A stretch of DNA of 64,000 nucleotides from Nitrospirota bacterium (GCA_024275955.1 JAJRYD010000007.1:187-64186); one strand, 5' to 3'. Numbered from the stretch's first letter, positions 37,874-48,315 are shown. Program-made: numbers and translations. Notes: generated by a model not told the origin, from the sequence alone.

Positions 37874-39274
37874 TTACACAGGGTGTTTAAAATCTTCCGG
37901 CAGTTTAACCCTGTAATGCTTTTTGTCGGTGCCAAAGCGGAGAAGTGAGTACCCGATAGTTCCGGCAAACGCGGTGGCGACAAGTATTCCCATCTTTGCT
38001 AGGCGCAAAAGTTCTGGGTCTGAGCGGAAGGCTAGCCCTGCTATGAATATAGCCATGGTAAATCCCATACCGCCGAGGATGGCGGCTCCCGATATGTGGC
38101 GGGTGGTCATCCGTGACGGCATTTTAGCGAAACCTAATTTAACAGCTATCAGGCTGAACGAGAGTATACCAACGAACTTTCCTACCGTGAGGCCAAGAAT
38201 TATTCCGATAGGCACGGGGTTTAGCATATCGCTTGCCAGAAGACTAACATCTATCGCCACTCCCGAGTTTACAAAGGCGAAAAGAGGCATTATGAGAAAG
38301 ATAACCGGAGTTCTTATCGTATCGGCTATGTTGTGAAGGGTGCTTTTTGTAAGGCTGGTAGTTTCCTCGAACATCAGTGTTACGTCGTGCTGTTCTTCAT
38401 CGTCTGGAATTTCGCGCAGACGTTTCGATTTTTTTCTCCACGCGCGAAACATCGCTTTGATTTTTTCACGAAAATATTGCGGGTTTGTTTTCGGGTAGGC
38501 CGGGATTGTTATAGCTACCAGCACCCCGGAAATTGATGGGTGGATTCCTGACAGATGTATGGTAAACCACATGAGTGAGCCTATAAGGTAGTAAGGGAGG
38601 CTATTGCGTATCCCTACGAGGTTAAGGAACGCCAGAAACAGCAAAATGAGCAGTGCCTGCGACAGATATACGGTAGATATGCTGTCGGTGTAAAAAATAG
38701 AGATTATCGCTACCACTCCCATGTCGTCCACTATCGCCAGTGTGATGAGAAATATATATAGGTTTTTAGGAACGCGGTTGCCCAAAAGCGCGAGTACCCC
38801 TATGGCAAATGCTATATCTGTGGCGACAGGTATTCCCCATCCGACTGATGCTGGCGGATAGCTGTTAATCGAATAGTAAATAAATGCCGGCAGAACCATC
38901 CCTCCGGTAGCCGCTATTACAGGCAGGGCCGCTTTCTTTAGTGTGGAGAGCTCTCCGAAAATAATTTCTCGTTTAATCTCTAGCCCTACAAGCAGGAAGA
39001 ATATCCCCATCAGTCCGTCGTTAACCCAAAGGGCAAGCGACTCTGTTAGCTCCCATTGTCCTATTCTCAGGCTTATTTCCGTATTGATAAATTGCTGGTA
39101 TATGGAAGCTAGCGGCGAGTTTATAGCCACAAGAGCGATAACCGCGGAGATAAAGAGTACAACGCCGCCTGCTGTTTTGCTTTTCACCAGTTCGGAAAAT
39201 GAAGAAGTGATGTGGTAGAACGCTCTCTCTAATGGAGCATTGTGCCGGAGGTCTATAGGGTTCTTTTTTTTCAT
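37874..39274 (-). CDS. nhaA: Na+/H+ antiporter NhaA
   Basis: WVNDGLM.IFFLLVGLEIKRE, GWGIPVATDIAF, LAIVDD, GMGFTMAIFIA.LAF. Confidence 0.96.
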   Translation of the reverse strand: MKKKNPIDLRHNAPLERAFYHITSSFSELVKSKTAGGVVLFISAVIALVAINSPLASIYQQFINTEISLRIGQWELTESLALWVNDGLMGIFFLLVGLEIKREIIFGELSTLKKAALPVIAATGGMVLPAFIYYSINSYPPASVGWGIPVATDIAFAIGVLALLGNRVPKNLYIFLITLAIVDDMGVVAIISIFYTDSISTVYLSQALLILLFLAFLNLVGIRNSLPYYLIGSLMWFTIHLSGIHPSISGVLVAITIPAYPKTNPQYFREKIKAMFRAWRKKSKRLREIPDDEEQHDVTLMFEETTSLTKSTLHNIADTIRTPVIFLIMPLFAFVNSGVAIDVSLLASDMLNPVPIGIILGLTVGKFVGILSFSLIAVKLGFAKMPSRMTTRHISGAAILGGMGFTMAIFIAGLAFRSDPELLRLAKMGILVATAFAGTIGYSLLRFGTDKKHYRVKLPEDFKHPV

Positions 39275-39740
39275 AACCGTTCACCACTTTCTAAATTTAT
39301 CAGGAATCTTTTTAAAGCGTAGGCTCTGCATTAGGGAGAGCCTGAATATATATATAGCCTCTCGATACCAACTCTTACCGCATGAGGTTAAAGAGAGAGA
39401 CCCTCCGCACCATTCTACGATAAACAGAGACTCTTTGCAGGAAGATTGGTTTTTCGGTAGTGCCTCGGTTTTTCATCCGCTATCGCCTTTGCCCGCAAAG
39501 TTGTCATTGCGCGATAACGCGCCGGTACTCTGCGGCAATCAAGCAGGTTACCATGCTGTCAACTATGTCGGCTCCTCGTGATGAGATTAAAACAGACTTA
39601 TAATTCAACTAAAGAGAGTAACTGTTCTTTTCCTGTCTGCTAGGTGGATGCCTGTTCCTCTAAAATGCAATGGAGCAAAATTTTCTTGCGCTTGCTAACT
39701 GGAGAGGCGCAGGCCTTTCCTTTCAGCTCCCTTTAATGCC

Positions 39741-39862
39741 GCTTTAGCTAAAGCGTAGCGTCAGCGAAGTTTCCCCCGCCCGCTGGTTGAAACTCTGACA
39801 GAAGGCGGGGCATGTGCCGGCCTTCTGTCAGAGTTTCCTATTTGGTAAACGGCTTTAGCTAA
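39741..39862. repeat. structured repeat family 2, copy 2 (inverted relative to copy 1)
   Basis: tttagctaaa palindromic ends; perfect 17-bp stem aaactctgacagaaggc/gccttctgtcagagttt; overlaps the nhaD stop codon. Confidence 0.78.
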
Positions 39863-41319
39863 AACGGTTTTGTCGGCACATCAAACAAAGCGGCATTTAC
39901 CCATAGGTGCGTAAGTATCGCCGCGCCATAGCCAAGCGCGATTACCGGCGCCCATTTAAGATGCCCAAAGAATGTGTAGTTTCCTTTGGAGGCACCCATA
40001 AGCGCCACCCCAGCCGCGCTTCCCACCGAAAGCATGCTTCCGCCTACACCGGCTGTAAGAGTAACTAGGAGCCACTGTCCAAGAGACATGTCGGGGTGCA
40101 TGGTAAGTACCGCGAACATTACAGGAATGTTATCTACAATGGCAGAAAGGAAGCCGACAATAATATTGGCTGTGGTAGGTCCCATCCCAACGTACATCGC
40201 TTCCGATGCCATTCCAAGATATCCGATAAGACCAAGCCCGCCTACGCAGAGTATTACGCCGTAAAAGAAAAGGAGCGTATCCCACTCCGCTTGCGCCACT
40301 TTATTGAATATGTTGAACGGAGTTTCTTTTAGTGGTTCGTCGCCGCTTCTTCTGGTCGGCACTATTTCCTGATCTTCTTCGTCGATTTTTCCGTGGGTTA
40401 TCTTCAGGTAAAAGCCCATAAACTTCAGGTACGCAAGGCCCGTCATCATGCCGATAGCCGGAGGCAGGTTAAGAAACTGATGGAAGCTTACGGCGGTAAT
40501 GATGGTAAGGAGAAAGAGGAGCATAATTCTCTTTCCGCCCCGTTTCATTCTTATCTCTTCTGTGGATGGTTCCGGCTGTTCGTCGTCTATCGCAAAATGC
40601 ATGAACGCGGCAGGAATAACATAGCTTACTACCGATGGTATGAACAGATGGAAGAAGGTTTGAAAAGCTACTATTCCTTTTTGCCAAACCATAAGGGTTG
40701 TTATATCTCCAAACGGGCTGAACGCTCCGCCGGCATTGGCGGCGACCACTATGTTTATACAGCCGATGCCTATAAATTTTTTATTGTCTCCGCCTACAGC
40801 CATAACAACAGCGCACATAAGGAGCGCGGTGGTAAGGTTGTCCGCCACTGGCGAGATGAAAAAAGCTAGAATGCCTGTAATCCAGAAAATTTTCCTAAAG
40901 CTGAACCCTTTTTTGACGAGCCATACCCGCAAGGTTTCAAATACAAGTCTTTCCTGCATCGATGCTATGTAGGTCATCGCTACCAGCAGAAAGAAGAAAA
41001 GCTCCGAAAATTCCAAAAAGTTATGCCGTATTGCCGCTTCGGCGGTATGTTTGTCGCCGTGGGCCGCGTAGGCAAGCGCTATCATAGCCCAAATTATTCC
41101 AGCCGCCAGAAGTACCGGCTTGCTCTTTCTTAAGTGGATAAACTCTTCCGACATTACCAGAGCATAAGCAAGTACGAATACGACGATTGACGCGTAGCCT
41201 ACCCAGTTTTCTGTAAGATCTATACGTTCTCCACCACTGCCAGAGGCAAAGGCCAAAACCGGAATGGAAAGAATTGATACAGCAACCGCGAAGAAAGCGA
41301 CAATATTTCTGATGCTCAT
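39859..41319 (-). CDS. nhaD: Na+/H+ antiporter NhaD
   Basis: LRKSKPV, ADNLTTAL, AANAGGAFSPFGDITTLMVW, SAIVDNIP, GSAAGVALMG. Confidence 0.95.
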   Translation of the reverse strand: MSIRNIVAFFAVAVSILSIPVLAFASGSGGERIDLTENWVGYASIVVFVLAYALVMSEEFIHLRKSKPVLLAAGIIWAMIALAYAAHGDKHTAEAAIRHNFLEFSELFFFLLVAMTYIASMQERLVFETLRVWLVKKGFSFRKIFWITGILAFFISPVADNLTTALLMCAVVMAVGGDNKKFIGIGCINIVVAANAGGAFSPFGDITTLMVWQKGIVAFQTFFHLFIPSVVSYVIPAAFMHFAIDDEQPEPSTEEIRMKRGGKRIMLLFLLTIITAVSFHQFLNLPPAIGMMTGLAYLKFMGFYLKITHGKIDEEDQEIVPTRRSGDEPLKETPFNIFNKVAQAEWDTLLFFYGVILCVGGLGLIGYLGMASEAMYVGMGPTTANIIVGFLSAIVDNIPVMFAVLTMHPDMSLGQWLLVTLTAGVGGSMLSVGSAAGVALMGASKGNYTFFGHLKWAPVIALGYGAAILTHLWVNAALFDVPTKPF

Positions 41320-41397
41320 CTAAACCTCTAATTTAAAGTTGAACTGCGACCACCACAGAATATCAAAAACTTATAGGCTTTCCTAGTAAGATAAAAA

Positions 41398-42915
41398 TTA
41401 ATTTATAGCTCTGTATTGCACAGCTTCGGCGGTATGTTCGGTTTTTATTTTTTCACAGCCGGCAAGGTCGGCTATTGTTCTAGCCACTTTGAGGGTTCTT
41501 GTGTAGGCTCTTGCCGAAAGCCCAAGCCTTTCCATTGCCGATTTCAGCAGTTTTTCGGAACTCCCGCCGATCTCACAATGCTTTTTAATCTGCTTTGCTC
41601 CCATTTCGGCATTGCGGAAAATACTGCTTTTGGCGAAGCGGATATTCTGGGTTTTGTGTGTTTTTGTTATCCTCTCCCGTATGGCGGCTGAGGTTTCGGA
41701 GCCGGAATCTGATTTTAGTTCCTGATACTTTACAGCAGGCACCTCTACATGAATGTCCATCCTGTCGAGCATAGGGCCTGATATTTTTTGTCTGTAGCGG
41801 TTTATCTGGTGGGGGGTGCATTTGCACTCCCTTATAGGGTCTGTCTCGTATCCGCAAGGGCATGGGTTCATCGCGCATACCAGCATAAAATTCGACGGAA
41901 ATGTTACAGACATGCTGGCGCGCGAGATTACCACTTTACCGTCTTCCAATGGCTGTCTTAGCACCTCCAGCGCGCTCCGGCGGAACTCCGGCAGTTCATC
42001 GAGAAAAAGAACCCCGTAGTGGGAGAGTGATACCTCGCCGGGCAATATCGGGCTATGCCCGCCCCCAACCAGCCCAGCATCCGAGACGGTATGATGGGGC
42101 GACCGGAAAGGCCTTCTTGGCAGAAGGGGGGAATCGCTCGGCAAAAGGCCAGCTATGCTATGCACCCTGCTCGACTCGATAGCCTCCTCAAGCGTCCATT
42201 CTGGCATTATGGTAGGAAGCCTTCTAGCTATCATAGATTTGCCGGAACCTGGCGGACCGACCATAAGCATGTTATGCCCGCCGGCCGCCGCCACCTCGAT
42301 AGCCCGTCTGACATGAGGCTGGCCTTTTACATCGATAAAGTCGAGCTCATCCGGGAAGGTTTCGGCTGTCGGCAGTTTTTCGGCGGAGGCAGGGGCTATC
42401 TCTTTTTCGGAGTTTAGCCACTCTACTACTTCTGTAAGGTTCGCGACAGGTATGGCGGTAACTCCCTCCACCACGGCCGCCTCTCCCCCGTTGGCCAAAG
42501 GGGTAACGAGAGTTTTACCTTTCATCTTTCTTACCATTACAGAGACAGAGAGTACCCCCTTTACAGGTTTTATCCGCCCGTCAAGCGCCAGCTCGCCCAT
42601 GAAGAAAAGATTTTTAAGCTTTTCCTTTGGGATGATGCCCTGCGCGGCAAGTATAGCTACGGCGATAGGAAGGTCGAAAGAGGAGCCTTCTTTTATTATA
42701 TCTGCCGGTGCCAGATTTACTGTTATCTTTTTTATCGGAGCTTCGAAGCCGGAATTTTTAAGAGCCGATAAAATTCTATTTTGGCTTTCCTTTACCGCCG
42801 TGTCTGGAAGCCCGACGGTTACATAGTAAAAAGTTCCCGGCGTAAGATCTACCTCCACCTCTACCGGCAAAGCTTCAATGCCTAAATGAGACGCGCTATA
42901 TACTCTGGCAATCAT
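41398..42915 (-). CDS. comM: YifB/ComM Mg-chelatase-like AAA+ ATPase
   Basis: VGLPDTAVKES, NLAPAD..KEGSSFDL, GPPGSGKSM, RPFRSPHH, LFLDELPEF, CKC zinc site. Confidence 0.93.
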   Translation of the reverse strand: MIARVYSASHLGIEALPVEVEVDLTPGTFYYVTVGLPDTAVKESQNRILSALKNSGFEAPIKKITVNLAPADIIKEGSSFDLPIAVAILAAQGIIPKEKLKNLFFMGELALDGRIKPVKGVLSVSVMVRKMKGKTLVTPLANGGEAAVVEGVTAIPVANLTEVVEWLNSEKEIAPASAEKLPTAETFPDELDFIDVKGQPHVRRAIEVAAAGGHNMLMVGPPGSGKSMIARRLPTIMPEWTLEEAIESSRVHSIAGLLPSDSPLLPRRPFRSPHHTVSDAGLVGGGHSPILPGEVSLSHYGVLFLDELPEFRRSALEVLRQPLEDGKVVISRASMSVTFPSNFMLVCAMNPCPCGYETDPIRECKCTPHQINRYRQKISGPMLDRMDIHVEVPAVKYQELKSDSGSETSAAIRERITKTHKTQNIRFAKSSIFRNAEMGAKQIKKHCEIGGSSEKLLKSAMERLGLSARAYTRTLKVARTIADLAGCEKIKTEHTAEAVQYRAIN

Positions 42916-43068
42916 TTTGAAAATTAGACTCTAAGATAGTATCGCGGTCAATAAATTTTTCAATGCAAAGTATGTCGTTCTTTAGTCTTTGGGCAGTGGT
43001 CTTTTTAAGATACCGCTTAGGCGCTAGGCAAGCACCGCAACAAAGCGGTTTAAAGAGAAACAGGCTAA

Positions 43069-44940
43069 CTACCCGATAAACTGTTTCACATGGCTTATAA
43101 AATCGGATGAGTCGACGTTTTTTGTAAGGAAATCGTCAACACCCATATCAAGAGCTTTTCGGCGGGTTTCGATGCCGGTATCAGAAGTGATCATAATCAC
43201 AGGGATTGACTTGTTGGAATCTTCCGACTTAAGGAACTCTAGAAACTTGAAACCATCCATAACCGGCATGTTGGCATTGGTAATAATTAAATGCGGTTTA
43301 ATGCTATCCAGCAGTTCAATAGCTGTCCGTCCATTGTCTGCTTCCACAAAACCGATATCTATCTTTTTCAGGTATTCCTTAAAAAGATTTCTCTCTGTTC
43401 TCTCATCGTCAACCATCATAACAAGCGGTCTGGCATACGGAAGCCGAATAAAAAACCTGCTCCCTTTATTTGGTTTTGATTCAATGTCCAGTTTGCCTCC
43501 CATCGCTTCTAAAATATCTTTGCAAAGCGGAAGCCCCAACCCTGTTCCTGCTTCGCCGGCGGTTCCCAGAGTGGATGTTTTTTCTTCGTACCGGAAGATA
43601 GATTCCTGCCGTTCCAGATCTATGCCGGAACCAGTATCCTCGACTACGATGGTGGAAGGTTCATTTTCGGGAATGAAAACCTGTATGGTATCCCCTTTTT
43701 TACAGAACTTTATCGAATTGATTATCAGGTTCGCCAAAACTTCCTGAATCAGCACTTTGTCTGCGTAAACTCTTGAGTTGGGAGAGATATCGATATTGAT
43801 GTTTATCCCTTTTTCGCTCGCCTGATAGGCTTTTTCAAGGACAACAGAGGCAACGAGGTGTTGAACATCTATAAATGTGTTTTGAGGGGTAATTGCTCCG
43901 GTCTTAAGGCGGGATACGGTAAGAAGTTCGTTGATAAGCTCGTTCATCTTCATTCCCGATTCGATAGCGGCCTCCAGAATCAATTTTGCTCCCTCACCAA
44001 CCGGCTCTACGGTATCGTCTTTGATAAGCTTAAGGTAGCCAAGCATCGCCCCTATAGGGCCTCTTAGATCGTGAGAGACTAAGGTTACAAATTTGTCTTT
44101 GAGCTTGGTTGCCTTTTCCGCGTTCTCCTTGGCAGTTCTTAACATATTTTCTGCCGTTTTTTGTTCTGTTATGTCCTGAACCGTTCCAATCATCCGAATA
44201 GGCTCTCCGGTTTGGTCGGTAATGATTCCGGCCCGCTCGCGAACAATTCGGCAAGAACCACAGGGAAGGATAATACGGTTCGTGATATCCAGCGGGGTTC
44301 TTTCGACCTTTGCCTTAATAAGAGAGTTCTTAACCCACTCCCTGTCGTCAGGGTGGGTATAGCCAAAAAAAGATTCGAAATCAGGAGCAAACTCCTGCGG
44401 CTGAAAACCGAATATCCTATATATCTCGTCGGACCAAAAAAGCTCGTCTTTCGTAAAGTCCCATACCCAGTTTCCAAGCCGCGCGATTTCCTGAGCCTGC
44501 TTAAGGCTTTCACGGCTTTCCCTCAGTGCCTTTTCGGCTTTTTTCTGTTCCGTAATATCTCTCGATATTCCCATATGCCCGAGGAAGTTTCCCCCGGCAT
44601 CTATCAGCTTAGTAGAAGAAAGGTACGATAAGAAAACTTCGCCGTTTTTGCGCCTGTTATAAATTTCGCCTAGGAACAGGCCATTTTGCTTATAGCTTTC
44701 CAGTGCTTTGGCTTCATCCTCCGGGTAGGCGTAAAGCAGTCCTACATTTTTTCCTATAACTTCGTCTTTTGAATAGCCGAAGGTTTTCTCAGCGGCAGGG
44801 TTGAACTCGACGATGTCGCGGTTTTCATCCACGGTGATAATTACATCTAGCGAACTTTTAACCAAATCTTTAGAATATTGCCCAGCAAGCTCGAGCTTCT
44901 GTCCAGTAGCATGGCTGAACCAGTATTTCCAAAACGGCAT
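43069..44940 (-). CDS. PAS-PAS hybrid sensor histidine kinase with C-terminal receiver
   Basis: two PAS/PAC domains, VSHDLRGP, NSIKF, DTGSGI, GTGLGL; receiver Asp position is Asn. Confidence 0.93.
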   Translation of the reverse strand: MPFWKYWFSHATGQKLELAGQYSKDLVKSSLDVIITVDENRDIVEFNPAAEKTFGYSKDEVIGKNVGLLYAYPEDEAKALESYKQNGLFLGEIYNRRKNGEVFLSYLSSTKLIDAGGNFLGHMGISRDITEQKKAEKALRESRESLKQAQEIARLGNWVWDFTKDELFWSDEIYRIFGFQPQEFAPDFESFFGYTHPDDREWVKNSLIKAKVERTPLDITNRIILPCGSCRIVRERAGIITDQTGEPIRMIGTVQDITEQKTAENMLRTAKENAEKATKLKDKFVTLVSHDLRGPIGAMLGYLKLIKDDTVEPVGEGAKLILEAAIESGMKMNELINELLTVSRLKTGAITPQNTFIDVQHLVASVVLEKAYQASEKGININIDISPNSRVYADKVLIQEVLANLIINSIKFCKKGDTIQVFIPENEPSTIVVEDTGSGIDLERQESIFRYEEKTSTLGTAGEAGTGLGLPLCKDILEAMGGKLDIESKPNKGSRFFIRLPYARPLVMMVDDERTERNLFKEYLKKIDIGFVEADNGRTAIELLDSIKPHLIITNANMPVMDGFKFLEFLKSEDSNKSIPVIMITSDTGIETRRKALDMGVDDFLTKNVDSSDFISHVKQFIG

Positions 44941-45094
44941 CGCATCACCCCCCGCTTAGCCGAATTATAACAAACCCCAATTAGCAATACGAGCATATTA
45001 TAAAGAATAAGTTACAATTTTTCCTAAATCTCCTTATTACATATCTTTAGCTACGGAGCTGGAGGAAGGTTGGCTCACGGTATCTATAAGTTTC

Positions 45095-45122
45095 GTTTTG
45101 CCGTCAGGCAAGACGGCAAAAC
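45095..45122. terminator. perfect 11-bp hairpin, terminator- or REP-like
   Basis: gttttgccgtc-aggcaa-gacggcaaaac downstream of the cytochrome operon. Confidence 0.45.
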
Positions 45123-45139
45123 CGTTTGCTGTCTTTTAA

Positions 45140-45269
45140 GGGGGCTGTTGCCGAATGAGATAAATTTGGTTTTTCTACAAATTACCAATCTCTAAAGGTT
45201 CTATTTTAAAGAAGTTGGGAAATGAACTTCTTCTTAAAATCCTCAAAAAACTCTTTTGGAAACAGTCCC
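45140..45269 (+). mobile_element. MITE family 1, subtype B
   Basis: gggggctgttgccgaat...ttggaaacagtccc, with ttaa on both flanks. Confidence 0.82.
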
Positions 45270-45424
45270 TTAAGAACATTGAAATGGGGTAGAGAGATAG
45301 GCTTCATCAAAGCAGATTAGTGTTTGGGCAGGCTGTTGCGGTTGTTTGCACTTTCAGCAGGCATAACCGAACTTCTCACTTTTTGCCTTGCAGGTAATCT
45401 TGATGCTGTAATCCAAGCAACGAA

Positions 45425-47041
45425 TCAGAAGTCATCCGGTTTTATATGACAAAAAGTACAGTCTTCGGTAACTGCGGTGGCACCTTCGCCATTATGGCAT
45501 CCGCCGCAATATTTACCGCGAATCATATTGCTCATCGTTAAAAGCCCAAGAGAATCTGCGCTACCGAAATCCATGTCGAAATATCTATCATGGCAGTCCC
45601 CGCACTCTGGGGACATAGTCTGGTGAAGCGAGTGATCGAAACGAACGGGATCCAAGCCTTCCGTATCGACAAACCAGAAGATGCCTTTTTCCTTCGGCAC
45701 CGCTAAAACTTCTCCCCTTATTTCAAGCCCCATCGCAAGGTTAAGGCTATTTTCCGCGGCCTCAAGCAGGTTAAGTGAATAGCCTACATTATGGATGCCG
45801 ACACTCTGATTGACGAAATAGTAGTTATAGCTGGCATTTTCCATGAGTCGGGCAATTTTTTGATCATCCGGTTTTTTGCCGAATTTGAATTTAGCTTTCT
45901 CCATCTTACTAGCGACTTCATTAAGCCTTTTTTCTATAATTTCTTTCCACTGCTCTAGTATCTCGCCATACCGTTTGTCGTTGTTATGACATTCCACGCA
46001 TCTTTTTTTAAGAGCAATTTTTGATTGGCCCTTGAAGTCAGGGTTCAAAGCAGGCCAAGCAGAATCGTGGCAGCCGATGCAGTCCACTCCCGCCTGAAAC
46101 ATCGGGCCGGGTCTGTCCGGCGTTCCAAGCCCGCCACGCCCGCTATAAAGGGTTTTTATGCCGGAATGTTTCGCAAGGTGGCACGATTTACAGTCGGAAC
46201 CGGCCACCTTTGCCTTAGGGTCTGAGCGGTGCTTTATATCTTCATGGCAAAGGAAGCATTCTAGGTGCTTTGCTGCATGTATACGATGCAGCTCCACCCT
46301 TTTACCTTTAACCACAACGCGCTCTTCAAAATTATGACAGTTGTAGCAGGTGCTTTCCTTGACGGTGCCTCTGCCCTTCACAACATCGCTATGGCACTCG
46401 TAGCAGTTTACTTTTCTCTCGGCTATTGTTTCATGCTCTATATTTCTTTTGCCAAGCTCGATTAGTTTGGGCAATTTTTTGTGGCAGAGCGCGCATTGGG
46501 TATCGCTGTTGTCAGCCGTGGTTTTAGTAGAATCAAACTCCTGCAGATGGCACAGATAACAGCGCATTTCATTTACCGATATATGTTTTCCGATTTTTAA
46601 CGGGGAATGGCAGGAGGTGCATTTAAGGTCATTTTCAAGCCCTTCCTTGAAATGCGGCTGGTGGTTAAATTCTGCTTTGCCTTTAAACGGTTTTGTTTCC
46701 CCTAATTTCTCTTTTACATGGCAGCCTGCCTGTAGACAACTGGCATCTTCTATATGGGCAAAAGGTTTAGGGCTGTATGTGCCAGTGAGATATTTAACTA
46801 CTAGGGCGCTTGCCTCAAACTTGCCGCGAAGCGTGCCAACAATACCCGGGTCGAAATGACATTTTGTGCAGGTTATACCGCTATGCTTGGATTCTTTCCA
46901 CGATTGGTAGTAAGGCTCCATATTATGGCAACTGCGGCAGAATGTAGGAGAGGAGCTGTAAGAAGAAAACCCTATCGCAACGAAAGCCAGCACTGCTATT
47001 CCGCCAGCGAACAGGCTAAAACGCTTTAACAATACCAGCAC
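45425..47041 (-). CDS. membrane-anchored multiheme c cytochrome (14 CXXCH plus 1 CX4CH)
   Basis: N-terminal TM and NapC/NirT-like start; motifs counted directly; C-terminal c7-like triheme domain. Confidence 0.92.
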   Translation of the reverse strand: MLVLLKRFSLFAGGIAVLAFVAIGFSSYSSSPTFCRSCHNMEPYYQSWKESKHSGITCTKCHFDPGIVGTLRGKFEASALVVKYLTGTYSPKPFAHIEDASCLQAGCHVKEKLGETKPFKGKAEFNHQPHFKEGLENDLKCTSCHSPLKIGKHISVNEMRCYLCHLQEFDSTKTTADNSDTQCALCHKKLPKLIELGKRNIEHETIAERKVNCYECHSDVVKGRGTVKESTCYNCHNFEERVVVKGKRVELHRIHAAKHLECFLCHEDIKHRSDPKAKVAGSDCKSCHLAKHSGIKTLYSGRGGLGTPDRPGPMFQAGVDCIGCHDSAWPALNPDFKGQSKIALKKRCVECHNNDKRYGEILEQWKEIIEKRLNEVASKMEKAKFKFGKKPDDQKIARLMENASYNYYFVNQSVGIHNVGYSLNLLEAAENSLNLAMGLEIRGEVLAVPKEKGIFWFVDTEGLDPVRFDHSLHQTMSPECGDCHDRYFDMDFGSADSLGLLTMSNMIRGKYCGGCHNGEGATAVTEDCTFCHIKPDDF

Positions 47042-47190
47042 CCCCCGACATAAATTAACAATTCTAAAGCTTTGTCATTGCTTTCCAGTGCGGGGTTCGG
47101 CACAGCCATCACTCACCGAGACATTAATGGTTTTTCCTCGTCATGCCCCGCCCGACAAGCTCTCCTTCCTGCACTACGGCGGAAGTTATC

Positions 47191-48315
47191 TTAGCGTAAT
47201 GGAGTTTTGTCCACTTTTTGCTCTGTCTCAGAAATGCTGATTTTCATTTCCACTTCAGTTGTAACAAGTGGCCTATACATAAAATATGTCTTGGCTATTA
47301 TTTTTTTTACCTTTCCAAGATTGGAAGTAAAAAGGAAGTTTTCGATACGGGATTCTCCTGCTTGCAAACGGTTATCCGCGGCAATCCTCCTGCCATAAAG
47401 GAAAACTTCTCCATCCTCTCTAACCTCTCTGTTGTCCTTTGTCACGATTACCTTGCTGTATGTTCTTTTTTTCTTCTCTATCGTATTTCCTTTTTCATCA
47501 ATCGTTCGTACTTCAAGTATCAATAAGCGGGCAGGGGTGCCTGTTGGAATAGAGTGTCCCGCTTTGGCATTCGTAATTTTTATTTTTGTTTTCAGCCTTT
47601 TCCCGTCATTGGTTGTTTTGAGAGTTCTAACGGTTACAGCATCTTTCATGCTTTCGACATTGTGGGAAAGGGAATGGTCGTGGATTTTGTTCCTTCCCCC
47701 CTCGTTGGCGGTTTTCCCACTAACTTCCGGCATATGACAGCTTTGACAATGCTTTCCTTCCTTGGCAAAAGATGACTTTTTCCACTCGCTGTATGTCACT
47801 CCTACATGCACATTGTGGCGGTTTTTAAAGTCATGGCACCCCGCGCAAAGTTTTGACGATGCAAAATCAGCCGAGTACTTAGTCTTGTGATGTTTGGAGT
47901 CGGCATTTTTTAAGACAGATATTTTTGTTTTGCCAGGCTTGTTAACGAAAGTGCTGTTTCCCCCATTAAGGTGTATCTTAGTGATGGTATGGCAAAAGTC
48001 ACATGTTACCCCTTCGGCAGTTATGGGAAGATTGGCGCCATAATCGCCGGTTACCACGACCGTTGGTGCGTGACAATTCAGGCAGTACTCTTTGGCCTTG
48101 CCAGCGGTATCGGTATAGGCCTTGCGGTATGCGTTAGTAAAAATCGGGTTGGTATATGAAAGTGCGTGAAGGCTTTTTTTCCAGTTATTGTAGATATCTC
48201 CGTGGCACTCCCCGCACACTTTGGCACTTTCAAAAACAGCCTTTTGAGAAGAAATAGCAATCTGCGGTAGCACGAATGCCATTGCCATCAACAAAAGAGA
48301 GAGCCTTCTTATCAT
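47191..48315 (-). CDS. periplasmic pentaheme c cytochrome (c554-like domain)
   Basis: signal peptide; CGECH, CLNCH, CDFCH, CAGCH, CQSCH; GHSIPTG C-terminal domain. Confidence 0.92.
   Translation of the reverse strand: MIRRLSLLLMAMAFVLPQIAISSQKAVFESAKVCGECHGDIYNNWKKSLHALSYTNPIFTNAYRKAYTDTAGKAKEYCLNCHAPTVVVTGDYGANLPITAEGVTCDFCHTITKIHLNGGNSTFVNKPGKTKISVLKNADSKHHKTKYSADFASSKLCAGCHDFKNRHNVHVGVTYSEWKKSSFAKEGKHCQSCHMPEVSGKTANEGGRNKIHDHSLSHNVESMKDAVTVRTLKTTNDGKRLKTKIKITNAKAGHSIPTGTPARLLILEVRTIDEKGNTIEKKKRTYSKVIVTKDNREVREDGEVFLYGRRIAADNRLQAGESRIENFLFTSNLGKVKKIIAKTYFMYRPLVTTEVEMKISISETEQKVDKTPLR

Noticed and set aside
39280-39720. Degraded wHTH gene or riboswitch upstream of nhaA
   Set aside because: Only a short ELVSRGYI-like stretch among stops; no riboswitch consensus matched by eye.
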